A DNA stretch of 64,000 nt from Verrucomicrobiota bacterium. GTDB taxonomy: Bacteria > Verrucomicrobiota > Verrucomicrobiia > Methylacidiphilales > UBA1321. The stretch covers positions 544 to 64,543 of the forward strand of contig JABDHJ010000011.1 in the NCBI GenBank assembly GCA_013285645.1, written 5' to 3'. Positions 48,902-59,000 of this stretch are shown here, in pieces. The position numbers were made by a program, and so were the translations under genes. The notes under the pieces are model-generated. The model did no database searches and was not told the origin of the DNA. It worked only from the letters and a program-made list of their open reading frames with translations. Each line of letters starts with the position of its first letter. Within the stretch, counting starts at the first letter, position 1.

Positions 48902-51046
48902 ATGAAAAATCTCAAGGTTTGGCAGAAGCTGGCATTACTTGGCGTCCTTTTCCTGATCCCTTTTGCTGTCGTGACCTACACGATGATCTCTTCGATCAAC
49001 ACGGAAAAAGTCGAGTTTGCCCAACACGAAATCTTGGGCACCGAGTATTACGTCCCACTCTCGGCTTTGTTGAAAGATCTTCAGCAGCATAGCGGCATGG
49101 ACTGTGCGTTGTTGAATGGGGACCCTTCCTTCAAGGACGGCGTGGCCACGAAGGGGAAGGACATCGAGGCCGATATCACAAAGGTGGACGAAGTCGATCA
49201 TCGGTTGGGTTCGGCATTGAATACCCAAACATCGGATATCAACAAAAAATGGAGCGACCTGCGCGCCGCGATCAGCGACCTACTGAACAAAACCCCCAAT
49301 CTCTCCGCGAGCGATAGTTTGGACCAGCACCAGAAGGTGATCAATGGCACCATCCTGTTTATTACCAATATCAGCGATAATTCCCAACTCACCCTGGATC
49401 CCGACACCGATACCTATTACCTCATGAATACGGTGATGTTCGCCGGACCAGGCTTGACCGATTGCCTGGCCCAGGCCCGCGAAACTGGCTGTGCCATGGC
49501 GGCGCGCAAGAGTGGAACGCCCGACGAATTTGATAACCTCAATACCCAGGCGATCCTGGCGGATAATGCACAGAATTCGTCAGGTCAGGTGGCCGACTCT
49601 TTAAATCGGGCGTTCGTCTACAATCCGGCCGTCAAAACGGAGTTGGGCACGGAGGCCCAAGCCAGCGCCGAAGCCGTCAAGGCATCGATCGATACGATCC
49701 ACAATCTGGTCACGACCCGCAAACCACCTGCGAGCGCCGGCGATTTCAACGCGTCCATGACGAAGAATATCGATCAAGCTTTCGACTTGGAGGGTCACGC
49801 CACAGAGTCCCTGAACCGTTTGCTTCATGTTCGCGTCGAGAAATGGCAGGACACCATCGACACTAGGTTGGCCGAGGCGGGCCTAGGCTTGCTGGCCGTT
49901 TTCATCGTCGGCTTTTTCATCATGCGGGACATCACCGCGCCGTTAAATCAGGTGGTTGAGACCGCCAACCGAATCGCCAAGGGCGATCTCTCAGTGGAGG
50001 TAACCTCGAAGTCGCGCAAAGATGAAATTGGCGCACTCGCACAGTCATTCGAACGAATGGTCACCACTCTCAAGGGAATGGTGGGCGTTGCGGAGCAAAT
50101 CGCCGCTGGAAATCTCGCTGTGACGGTCAAGCCGCAGTCGGAACGCGATGCCATGGGTAACGCCCTCGCCATGATGATTGGGAAGCTTTCGACGCTGGTC
50201 AGCCAAGTGCAAAAATCAGGCATCCAGGTCAACACCTCGGCCATGGAAATCGCCGCCACGGCCAAACAGCAACAAGCCACCGCGAGCGAGATAGCGGCGA
50301 CCACGACTGAAATCAGCGCCACATCCCGGGAAATCTCGGCCACTTCAAAAACGCTCGTCCGGACGATGGACCAAGTCTCGACGGTGGCGGAACAATCAGC
50401 GACGCTGGCGGGCAGCGGCCAGGCTGGCATCGCCCGGATGGACGAAACCATGCAGCACGTCATGGAAGCCGCCAGTTCGATCAATTCCAAACTGGCCGTC
50501 CTGAACGAAAAGGCCGGACACATCAACCAGGTCGTCACCACCATCACGAAGGTAGCCGACCAGACCAATCTGCTCTCTCTTAACGCAGCCATTGAGGCCG
50601 AAAAAGCAGGCGAACACGGACGCGGCTTTGCCGTCGTCGCGACGGAAATCCGCCGACTCGCCGATCAAACGGCGGTGGCCACCTACGACATCGAATTGAT
50701 CGTCAAAGAAATCCAGACGGCCGTCTCCGCAGGCGTCATGAGCATGGACAAGTTCCTGGAGGAAGTCCGCAGGGGCATGCAGGAAACGCAGCATATCAGC
50801 GGTCAATTGACCCAAATCATCCGGGAGGTGCAGGCACTCGCGCCCCGTTTTGTCGAAGTCAATGAAGGCATGCAGGCCCAGGCCACGGGTGCCGAGCAAA
50901 TCACCGAGGCGCTGGCCCAACTGACTGGGGCAGTCCAGCAAACCGTTGAATCACTCCGCCAGTCAAACCAGGTCATCGAAGGATTGAACCAAGCCTCCGG
51001 CAGCCTGCGCAGTGGTGTTTCCCGTTTCAAGCTGGAGGAAGCCTAG
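48902..51046 (+). CDS. wspA: Methyl-accepting chemotaxis protein with WspA-type signalling domain
   Basis: Two TM helices, ~300 aa periplasmic domain, tandem HAMP, EIAATAKQQQATA and QTNLLSLNAAIEAEKAGEHGRGFAVVATEIRRLADQT. Confidence 0.85.
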   Translation: MKNLKVWQKLALLGVLFLIPFAVVTYTMISSINTEKVEFAQHEILGTEYYVPLSALLKDLQQHSGMDCALLNGDPSFKDGVATKGKDIEADITKVDEVDHRLGSALNTQTSDINKKWSDLRAAISDLLNKTPNLSASDSLDQHQKVINGTILFITNISDNSQLTLDPDTDTYYLMNTVMFAGPGLTDCLAQARETGCAMAARKSGTPDEFDNLNTQAILADNAQNSSGQVADSLNRAFVYNPAVKTELGTEAQASAEAVKASIDTIHNLVTTRKPPASAGDFNASMTKNIDQAFDLEGHATESLNRLLHVRVEKWQDTIDTRLAEAGLGLLAVFIVGFFIMRDITAPLNQVVETANRIAKGDLSVEVTSKSRKDEIGALAQSFERMVTTLKGMVGVAEQIAAGNLAVTVKPQSERDAMGNALAMMIGKLSTLVSQVQKSGIQVNTSAMEIAATAKQQQATASEIAATTTEISATSREISATSKTLVRTMDQVSTVAEQSATLAGSGQAGIARMDETMQHVMEAASSINSKLAVLNEKAGHINQVVTTITKVADQTNLLSLNAAIEAEKAGEHGRGFAVVATEIRRLADQTAVATYDIELIVKEIQTAVSAGVMSMDKFLEEVRRGMQETQHISGQLTQIIREVQALAPRFVEVNEGMQAQATGAEQITEALAQLTGAVQQTVESLRQSNQVIEGLNQASGSLRSGVSRFKLEEA

Positions 51047-51114
51047 AAACGTGAGGAGTGCGACGAGATCGTGAAAGGACGCCCAACTGAAAATAAGTCC
51101 CCCCACTCCCGACA

Positions 51115-51582
51115 ATGCTATTCCTTCTCTTTCAACTGGGTAAAGACACCTACGCACTTGAGGCGAACCAAATCCGCGAAGTCCTGCCACTGGTTGACCT
51201 GAAGGCGATTCCCCTTTCCCCGCGCGGCGTGTCGGGTGTGTTCAATTATCACGGAACGCCTGTCCCGGTCATCGACCTTTGCGAACTGATGTTGGACCAT
51301 CCAGCGCAAAGGCGATTGAGTACGCGGATTATTCTCATCGACTATGCCGATGCCAAAGGCCCCACGCATCTTCTCGGTTTAATCACTGAAAAAGCGACCG
51401 AAACGATGCGACGCGAGCCAGCCGATTTTATCGCTTCCGGACTCAACAACGTCAACGCTCCCTACCTTGGCCCCGTGACCACCGACGCTCGCGGCTTTAT
51501 CCAATGGATCAAGATTGATCAATTGTTGCCGGAATCCGTTCGTGACTTGTTGTTCAATGACCCCGTGGGAAATTCGTCCTGA
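51115..51582 (+). CDS. wspB: CheW-like adaptor
   Basis: LFLLFQLG...IREVLP...GVFNYHGTPVPVIDL, APYLGPV; position in the operon. Confidence 0.88.
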   Translation: MLFLLFQLGKDTYALEANQIREVLPLVDLKAIPLSPRGVSGVFNYHGTPVPVIDLCELMLDHPAQRRLSTRIILIDYADAKGPTHLLGLITEKATETMRREPADFIASGLNNVNAPYLGPVTTDARGFIQWIKIDQLLPESVRDLLFNDPVGNSS

Positions 51583-52799
51583 TGACCACCGAGATCGAAT
51601 CGCTCTTAAAACAACGACTCGGACTTGATGCCGACTCGATTGGCTCCTCCGCGATTGCACGTGCGGTACAGGAGCGCATGTCGGCCTGCCAATCCGTCAA
51701 CACCGCTGCCTATGAAGAACTTCTCGTCTTCTCTGAAGAGGAATTGCTGCAATTGATTGAATTGGTGGTCGTACCGGAGACTTGGTTTTTCCGGGATACG
51801 GAAGCCTTTGCAACGATGGCCCAGTATGCCCTGGAAAAATGGCTGCCGACGCATCCCGAAGGCATGCTTCGGCTGCTAAGCCTGCCCTGCTCGACGGGCG
51901 AGGAAGCCTATTCGATGGCGATGGCGCTCCTTGATGCTGGAATGCCGCCGACTCGTTTTTTGGTCGAGGCCCTTGATGTCAGCGCCCGTGCATTGCTTCG
52001 TGCCAAGGAAGCGGTTTACGGAAAAAATTCCTTCCGCAGTCGCGATCTGGGTTTTCGCGACCGCTATATGCAGGCGACGACGGAGGGCTACAAGATGGAC
52101 TCTGCGGTCGTTCGCCAAGTTCACTTCGAGTCCGGGAATCTGATTGATGATTGCCTATTGCCCGGACCGGAAAGTTACGATGTGATCTTTTGTCGCAATC
52201 TCCTGATTTACTTCGACCGCCCCACCCAGGATCTTACGGTCGAGAAGCTTTGGCGTCTGCTCAAACCGAACGGCCTCGCCTTCGTGGGGCCGTCGGAAAC
52301 AGCCTTGATGACCAGCCATCATTTCGTCTCGCTTAAAGCGCCTCTCGCGTTTGCGTTCCGCAAAGCAGATGCCGTCACCCGCGAAGCAAAGACGCTCAAG
52401 GCACTTCCACGTCCAGTCAAGGCAATCGCCCCAATGCCCCCGTTTGTCCAATCGCGACCAGTGCCACGTCTCACACCACCAGCGCGGGCCCTTGATCTCG
52501 ACGAAGCCCTGCGATTGGCTGATCTCGGGCAACTGAAGGAAGCGTCCAAGCACTGCGAAGATTACAACCATGCGCACGGCCCCTCGGCCAAGGCATTTTA
52601 TCTCCTCGGCCTGATTCGAGATGCCGCAGGGGAACCATCGGAGGCCATCGGTTTTTATCGCAAAGCTCTGTATCTCGATCCGCATCATCGCGAAGCTCTG
52701 CTGCATTTGGCCCTCTTGCTTGATCAGCAGGGAGAGACCGAGGCCGCGAAAATTTTAAATGCACGAGCCGCCCGCATCGACCATAAGGCACGAAACTAA
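51582..52799 (+). CDS. wspC: CheR methyltransferase with C-terminal TPR
   Basis: VVPETWFFRD, LPCSTGEEAYS, IFCRNLLIYFD, YRKALYLDPHH. Confidence 0.92.
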   Translation: MTTEIESLLKQRLGLDADSIGSSAIARAVQERMSACQSVNTAAYEELLVFSEEELLQLIELVVVPETWFFRDTEAFATMAQYALEKWLPTHPEGMLRLLSLPCSTGEEAYSMAMALLDAGMPPTRFLVEALDVSARALLRAKEAVYGKNSFRSRDLGFRDRYMQATTEGYKMDSAVVRQVHFESGNLIDDCLLPGPESYDVIFCRNLLIYFDRPTQDLTVEKLWRLLKPNGLAFVGPSETALMTSHHFVSLKAPLAFAFRKADAVTREAKTLKALPRPVKAIAPMPPFVQSRPVPRLTPPARALDLDEALRLADLGQLKEASKHCEDYNHAHGPSAKAFYLLGLIRDAAGEPSEAIGFYRKALYLDPHHREALLHLALLLDQQGETEAAKILNARAARIDHKARN

Positions 52800-52800
52800 C

Positions 52801-53499
52801 ATGCTCGATCCGATCAATACCAATCACCCACCTACCCGTTCTGTCCTCAGCGATTGCTGGAACAAAATCGGCGTGCGGGGCGACGGCTCCTGCCCGGAAT
52901 TAGTCCGGTACATTCACTGCCACAATTGCCCTGTTTATTCCTCTTCCGCCGGGACATTTCTCGACCGAGACCTGCCCCAAGATCATCTCGCCGCATGGAC
53001 GCGTCACTTTTCGCAGGAAAAGTCCGTCGCCAAACAGACCCCTCTTTCGGTCGTCCTCTTTCGCCTCGGGGTGGAATGGTTTGCCCTGCCCGTCACCGTA
53101 TTCAAAGAAATCTCGGAATTGAAACCGATCCACTCGCTACCTCACCGGCAAAATCATCTTGTTCTCGGCCTGATCAACTTCAGGGGCGAACTTCTGATCT
53201 GCGTTTCCCTCTCCAAAATGCTTGGGACAGAGGACGCGGCGGAAATCAAGCCAGAGGCCCGACACAACGCTCATCCCTATTTGCTGATCGTCAGTCACGG
53301 AGGCCATCGATCCTCCTTTCCGGTCGATGAAGTCGGAGGCATTCATCATTTCAACCCCAAAGAGATAAAAAAAGTCCCGGCGACCGTCGCCAACGCCCGT
53401 AAAAGTTATACCACAGGCGTGTTGACGTGGCGGGATCACACCGTCGGCTGCCTGGATGCCGAATTATTGTTCTCCGCACTTGGAAAGGGCCTGTCATGA
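52801..53499 (+). CDS. wspD: CheW-like adaptor with Cys-rich N-terminus
   Basis: DCWNKIGVRGDGSCPEL..HCHNCPVY, FRLGVEWFAL, IHSLPHR; ATG at 52801. Confidence 0.9.
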   Translation: MLDPINTNHPPTRSVLSDCWNKIGVRGDGSCPELVRYIHCHNCPVYSSSAGTFLDRDLPQDHLAAWTRHFSQEKSVAKQTPLSVVLFRLGVEWFALPVTVFKEISELKPIHSLPHRQNHLVLGLINFRGELLICVSLSKMLGTEDAAEIKPEARHNAHPYLLIVSHGGHRSSFPVDEVGGIHHFNPKEIKKVPATVANARKSYTTGVLTWRDHTVGCLDAELLFSALGKGLS

Positions 53500-55784
53500 G
53501 CGACAACGCCTTCAGTGATTTTTCCATGTTTGAGCTGTTCCGGATCGAGACGGACAACCAGACGAAGATTCTCACCTCAGGCCTTCTGGCCCTGGAACGC
53601 GACAATCATGCGCCCGGCCAGACGGAAGCCCTGATGCGTGCGGCCCATTCCTTGAAGGGGGCCGCCAGGATTATTAATCTTAACGCGGCTGTGCGAATCT
53701 CACACGCCATGGAGGATTGTTTCGTGGCCGCTCAAAAAGGTAAAATTCTTCTCGGCCAAAAACAGATTGATCTCCTGTTAAGCGGCGTGGATTTACTTCT
53801 GGAAATTGCCCAAACACAGGAGACCGAGGTTACCCGCTGGGAAAGCGGACAAAAAAAGCGGGTCGATTCGTTCGTCGCTGCCGCCTCACAATTCCTGGAA
53901 GGAAAGATGGCAGACGGATCGGCAGAAGCATCAACACCGCTTCCGGTCAAGCCCATCAAGGCCAAACCAGGGCCCCTCTTAAATAGAGAAGAAACTCCAG
54001 CCAAACTCACAACAGATTCCTCTGCCCAAGGAGAAACCGATCGTGTCCTCCGGGTGACAGCGGATAATTTGAACCGCTTGCTGGGACTGGCTGGTGAATC
54101 GCTTGTGGAATCACGCCATCTTAATTCCTTTACCGAGTCCTTGCTGCGACTCAAGCGCCATCACGGCGATCTGACCAGGATGCTGGATGCCTGTTGCAGT
54201 ACTGTCTCCAGCAAGGCTGTGAACGCTGAGACCTTGGAACGCCTGCGCGACATGCAGCATAAGGTCATGGAGTGTCGCCAATTTCTGACCGACCGCCTGG
54301 CCGACCTGGAAATGTTCGACCGCCGTTCGGTCAATCTCTCCCATCGCTTGTACGAGGAAGCCCTGGCCTGTCGAATGCGGCCTTTTGCCGATGGCATTCA
54401 CGGCTTTCCCCGCATGGTGCGCGATGTGGCCCGGTTTCTCGAAAAAGAGGTGAAACTGGAAATCTCCGGCGAAATGACGCAAGTTGATCGCGATGTCCTG
54501 GAAAAACTGGAGGCCCCCCTTACTCACCTCTTGCGCAATGCAGTAGATCACGGAATCGAACTTCCCGAACAACGTGCCCTGACAGGCAAGCCTGCCTTGA
54601 GCCTTGTTCGACTCGAAGCACGACACTTGGCGGGGATGCTGCAGGTGGTCGTTTCTGACGATGGCCGGGGCATCGACCCCGAAGCTTTGCGCACAGCCAT
54701 CGTGCAAAAGAATTTCACCACGGCGGAGCTCGCTTCAAAAATGAGCAAGGCCGAATTAATTGAGTTCCTCTTCCTGCCCAGGTTTACCCTAAAAGAAAGC
54801 GTCACGGAAATTTCCGGACGGGGAGTGGGCCTGGATGTGGTTCGGAACATGGTCAAGCAACTTCGAGGAACCGTAAATGTTTCGTCCCAACTGGGAAAAG
54901 GCACCCACTTCACCCTGCAACTGCCATTGACCCTTTCCGTCGCGCGCATGTTGCTGGTCGAGATCGACCAAGAGCCCTATGCCTTCCCGCTGCCTTTCAT
55001 CACCCGTACCCTTAAACTACCACCAACCAGCATCGAAATGCTGGAAGGCCGCCAGCATTTTAAATTCGATGGCCAGCACATCGGATTGATTACGTCCCAC
55101 CAAATTCTCGGACGCGCCAAGGCAAAGCCGACGAGTGATGACCTATCGGTCATCGTCGTGGAGGACAACGACCTCTTTTACGGCGTCGTGGTCGATCGTT
55201 TTCTCGGCGAACGCGAGTTGGTCGTCCACGCGCTCGATCCGCGACTGGGCAAGATCAAGGACATCAGCGCAGGCGCCTTGATGGAAGACGGCTCCCCGCT
55301 GCTTATCATCGATGTTGAAGACCTTATTCGCTCGATCGGCCAGATAGTCGCCAGGGGGTCACTCAACGTGATCCAGGAAATCGACACAACAACCGCGCCC
55401 AAAAAGAAAAAACGCATTCTCATCGTCGAGGATTCCCTGACCGTGCGCGAACTGGAGCGCAAACTGCTCGACAATGCCGGTTACGAGGTCGAGGTGACCG
55501 TCAACGGCATGGACGGCTGGAACGCTGTCCGTACCGGAAACTTCGACCTCGTGATCAGCGATGTCGATATGCCGCGCATGGACGGAATCGAATTGGTCAA
55601 ACACATCCGAAACGATGCTCGAATCAAATCGCTGCCCGTCATCATCGTTTCCTACAAAGATCGTGAGGAAGACCGTCGCCGCGGCCTGGAAGCGGGCGCG
55701 GACTATTACATGGCCAAGGAAAATTTTCAACCCGCTGCCCTGCGCGATGCCGTCAGGGATATGATCGGCGATCCTTCCGCATGA
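53496..55784 (+). CDS. wspE: Hybrid CheA-REC histidine kinase
   Basis: Hpt MRAAHSLKGAAR, HLLRNAVDHGIE, ISGRGVGLDVV, CheW domain, C-terminal REC; ATGA overlap with wspD. Confidence 0.93.
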   Translation: MSDNAFSDFSMFELFRIETDNQTKILTSGLLALERDNHAPGQTEALMRAAHSLKGAARIINLNAAVRISHAMEDCFVAAQKGKILLGQKQIDLLLSGVDLLLEIAQTQETEVTRWESGQKKRVDSFVAAASQFLEGKMADGSAEASTPLPVKPIKAKPGPLLNREETPAKLTTDSSAQGETDRVLRVTADNLNRLLGLAGESLVESRHLNSFTESLLRLKRHHGDLTRMLDACCSTVSSKAVNAETLERLRDMQHKVMECRQFLTDRLADLEMFDRRSVNLSHRLYEEALACRMRPFADGIHGFPRMVRDVARFLEKEVKLEISGEMTQVDRDVLEKLEAPLTHLLRNAVDHGIELPEQRALTGKPALSLVRLEARHLAGMLQVVVSDDGRGIDPEALRTAIVQKNFTTAELASKMSKAELIEFLFLPRFTLKESVTEISGRGVGLDVVRNMVKQLRGTVNVSSQLGKGTHFTLQLPLTLSVARMLLVEIDQEPYAFPLPFITRTLKLPPTSIEMLEGRQHFKFDGQHIGLITSHQILGRAKAKPTSDDLSVIVVEDNDLFYGVVVDRFLGERELVVHALDPRLGKIKDISAGALMEDGSPLLIIDVEDLIRSIGQIVARGSLNVIQEIDTTTAPKKKKRILIVEDSLTVRELERKLLDNAGYEVEVTVNGMDGWNAVRTGNFDLVISDVDMPRMDGIELVKHIRNDARIKSLPVIIVSYKDREEDRRRGLEAGADYYMAKENFQPAALRDAVRDMIGDPSA

Positions 55785-56794
55785 AAATTGCCATTGCCAA
55801 TAGTTTCCCTGCCGCCGTCGAAACCATTCGGCACGCGCTGATGCCGATCTCCCGATACCAGATCATCTGGACGGCCGGCGACGGCGCGGAGGCCATCAGA
55901 AAATGTGCGGAGGACAAGCCCGACTTGATTCTGATGGACATGATTCTGCCGGTACTCAACGGCGTGGAAGCTACCCGTCAAATCACGACGAACACGCCTT
56001 GTGCCATCCTGATCGTCACTGCCACAGTCAGCGGTTCCAGCTCCAAAGTCTTTGAAGCTCTGGGCGCCGGAGCCATTGACGCGATCAACACTCCAGACCC
56101 GACGACCATACCGGAAAGCTCTGAGGCGTTATTGAGTAAAATTGAGATGGTAGAGAAACTGCTTTTTGGCGCCAACCGCAAAAAAACGGCGCACCTCTCC
56201 CCTTCACATCCCAAAGCGGTGAATCTCAAAGAAGGGCGTCTGGTCGTCATCGGCGCATCGGCCGGGGGACCGCTGGCCCTGGCCGAGGTACTGGCCCAAT
56301 TGCCCAAAACTTTTCCCGCCGCGGTCATCATTGTTCAACACATCGATGCCCAGTTTGCGCAGGGCATGGCAGACTGGCTGAGCGGCCAATCTGCCATGCC
56401 AGTCCGGGTAGCCCGTGAAGGTGAAAGCCCGTCCAAGGGCGTAGTCCTGCTCGCTGGAAAGAATGACCACCTCGTCTTCGTTGATGCCCATACCTTGGGA
56501 TATACTCCCAAGCCGGTCGATGACGTCTACCGCCCGTCAGTCGACGTATTTTTTGAAAGCGTCGTCAAGCACTGGAAGGGGGAAACCGTCGGGGTGTTGC
56601 TCACGGGCATGGGACGGGATGGCGCACGCGGCCTGAAAATGCTGCAGAGTGCGGGTTCTCACACCATCGCCCAGGATAGCGCTTCCTGCATGGTGTACGG
56701 GATGCCCAAAGCCGCTATCGCCCTTGGCGCTGCCGATGAAGTTTTACCGCTGAATCAAATCGGTCTGACTTTAAGGCGTTTGCATGTAGATTAA
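55781..56794 (+). CDS. wspF: CheB-type REC-methylesterase
   Basis: GASAGG, VQH and LLTGMGRDG catalytic motifs; N-terminal REC. Confidence 0.92.
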   Translation: MKIAIANSFPAAVETIRHALMPISRYQIIWTAGDGAEAIRKCAEDKPDLILMDMILPVLNGVEATRQITTNTPCAILIVTATVSGSSSKVFEALGAGAIDAINTPDPTTIPESSEALLSKIEMVEKLLFGANRKKTAHLSPSHPKAVNLKEGRLVVIGASAGGPLALAEVLAQLPKTFPAAVIIVQHIDAQFAQGMADWLSGQSAMPVRVAREGESPSKGVVLLAGKNDHLVFVDAHTLGYTPKPVDDVYRPSVDVFFESVVKHWKGETVGVLLTGMGRDGARGLKMLQSAGSHTIAQDSASCMVYGMPKAAIALGAADEVLPLNQIGLTLRRLHVD

Positions 56795-56811
56795 TTTTGA
56801 TCGGCATCGCC

Positions 56812-58899
56812 ATGAGTAACCTCGTTCCATCCCCGTCTACCGAACCTATAAATCCACCGACTTATCAGATCGTGGTCCTGCTTGTCGACGATCAAGTCAT
56901 CATCGGCGAGGCCATCCGCCGTCAGTTGGAGGGGCAGCCGGACATCGTGTTCCATCACTGTTCCGATCCCATCAAGGCGCGGGTCATGGCCGCTCAACTC
57001 AATCCGACCGTCATTTTGCTGGATTTGATCATGCCCGAGATAGATGGGATGACGTTGGCCCGTCAATTCCACCAAGATCCTGCCACGAAAGACATTCCCA
57101 TCATCGTGCTTTCAACGAAGGAAGACCCCGCCGTCAAGAGCGAAGCTTTTTCCGCCGGGGCTACCGATTACCTGGTCAAGCTACCGGACAAAATCGAACT
57201 CATCGCCCGCATTCGCCATCACTCGCATGCGTATCTTAATCAAATCCAACGAGACGAGGCCTATCGCGCCTTGTACGAAAGCCAGCGTCGCCTGGAGGAA
57301 AGCAATGTGTCTCTCCTGTTGACGAATCAAAAGCTGGAGGCCGCGACTCGAGCCAAATCCGAGTTCCTGGCCATGATGAGCCACGAAATTCGAACACCGA
57401 TGAATGCCGTCATTGGCATGACCTCCTTCGTCCTCGACACGGAAATGACCGAGGAGCAACGCGGTTTTGTCGAGACCATCCGCAGCAGTGGAGAAGCCCT
57501 CATGGCGGTCATCAACGATATTCTCGATTTTTCCAAGATCGAATCCGGTCGAATGGACCTGGAGGACCACCCCTTCGATTTACACGCGTGCATCGAGGAA
57601 ACAATCGACCTGTTCAGCGCACAGGTGTCGAAAAAACAAATCGACCTGGCTTATGTTGTCGATGACGAGATTCCACAGATGGTCTCAGGCGATTCCTCCC
57701 GCTTGCGGCAAATCCTCCTCAATCTCGTCGGCAATGCCCTCAAATTTACCTCCCAAGGAGAGGTTGTTGTCCGCGTTAGTCTGGATCGATCTGTCTCGAC
57801 CGACTCTGCGGAAGCGATGTTCCTGCATTTTGCGGTCAGCGATACCGGCATTGGTATTCCCAAGGAGAAGCAGGACCGCCTGTTCAGGTCGTTTAGCCAG
57901 GTTGATCTCTCCACGGCGCGACAGTATGGCGGCACCGGCCTCGGTTTGGCCATCAGCCAGCGGCTCGCCGAGTTGATGAAAGGCCGCATGTGGGTCGAAA
58001 GCGAAGAAAAGAAAGGATCGACCTTTCACTTCACCATCCAAGTCAATCCGGCTGACCAGGAAAAAAGGGCGGAGGAAGCCGCCGCTTCCCAATTATCCGG
58101 GACAAAAATCCTGATCGTTGAGCACAATACCACTAACAGCCAAATCCTCGCCAATTTCACGGAGAAACTGGGAATGCTGCCTCACCTTGTCGGCCAAGGT
58201 AAGGATGCGTATGCGCAATTACAATCCGGCGAGACCTATGGCCTCGCCATTCTCGATCAACAGTTACCTGATAGTAGCGGACTCAAGCTGGCGGAATCGA
58301 TTCGACGGCTTCCCAATGGCCAGTCATTACCCTTGATCCTGCTTTCCTCCTCCCGCTCGCAAGCCATTGACAAAAACGCCCAGGAGATGGGCATTTCCGT
58401 CTTCATTTCCAAACCGATTCGCCGCGCTCAGTTACGCGATGCTTTGATCCGGACCCTGCAAGGCGGTCCATCATCCAAAAAAGCGACGCCTGTTTCCGAA
58501 ATCGACAAAACCCTGGCAACGCGACTGCCCTTGCGCATTTTAGTATCGGACGACAATCCGGTGAATGTGAGGGTGGCGCGAACTTTCCTCGAGAAGATGG
58601 GTTATCGCGCCGATACGGCCACCAATGGAAAGGAAGTGCTTCAAGCGATGCAATTGAACACCTACGATCTCGTCTTTCTTGATGTCCAGATGCCGGAGAT
58701 GGATGGCTATGGGGCTGCCCGGCGCATTTGTGCCCAATGGAAGGAGCGCCGCCCCCGCCTGATCGCCTTGACGGGAAACGCCATGGGAGGCGACCGGGAA
58801 AAGTGCCTGGAAGCAGGAATGGACGATTACCTGACCAAACCCCTTCGAGCCAAAGAACTGGAAGCCATGATTCTTCAGTGGGGAGTGAAGAGGAGCTAA
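56812..58899 (+). CDS. Cytoplasmic hybrid kinase: WspR-like REC and stalk, HisKA, HATPase, REC, REC
   Basis: LLVDDQ...[12 protein letters not shown]...[17 protein letters not shown]...QRDEAYRAL, then [39 protein letters not shown] and two REC domains. Confidence 0.9.
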   Translation: MSNLVPSPSTEPINPPTYQIVVLLVDDQVIIGEAIRRQLEGQPDIVFHHCSDPIKARVMAAQLNPTVILLDLIMPEIDGMTLARQFHQDPATKDIPIIVLSTKEDPAVKSEAFSAGATDYLVKLPDKIELIARIRHHSHAYLNQIQRDEAYRALYESQRRLEESNVSLLLTNQKLEAATRAKSEFLAMMSHEIRTPMNAVIGMTSFVLDTEMTEEQRGFVETIRSSGEALMAVINDILDFSKIESGRMDLEDHPFDLHACIEETIDLFSAQVSKKQIDLAYVVDDEIPQMVSGDSSRLRQILLNLVGNALKFTSQGEVVVRVSLDRSVSTDSAEAMFLHFAVSDTGIGIPKEKQDRLFRSFSQVDLSTARQYGGTGLGLAISQRLAELMKGRMWVESEEKKGSTFHFTIQVNPADQEKRAEEAAASQLSGTKILIVEHNTTNSQILANFTEKLGMLPHLVGQGKDAYAQLQSGETYGLAILDQQLPDSSGLKLAESIRRLPNGQSLPLILLSSSRSQAIDKNAQEMGISVFISKPIRRAQLRDALIRTLQGGPSSKKATPVSEIDKTLATRLPLRILVSDDNPVNVRVARTFLEKMGYRADTATNGKEVLQAMQLNTYDLVFLDVQMPEMDGYGAARRICAQWKERRPRLIALTGNAMGGDREKCLEAGMDDYLTKPLRAKELEAMILQWGVKRS

Positions 58900-59000
58900 A
58901 GCGTTTTCAAAAAAAGCGTAGCCGCAACATTTCCTTCTTTTTGGCCCTCCGGGCTTCGAACTTTTCAGCAGCGGCTACAGTATTTCTGAAAACGTTCTAG
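58896..59000. repeat. 105-bp MITE/REP-like element between convergent genes
   Basis: Imperfect TIRs CTAAAGCGTTTTCAAAAA vs (reverse complement) CTAGAACGTTTTCAGAAA; inner IR GTAGCCGC (58918-58925) / GCGGCTAC (58971-58978). Confidence 0.65.

Noticed and set aside
48663-48905. 80-aa ORF overlapping the wspA start
   Set aside because: TTG start, atypical codon usage and no motif; lies in att-adjacent promoter DNA.
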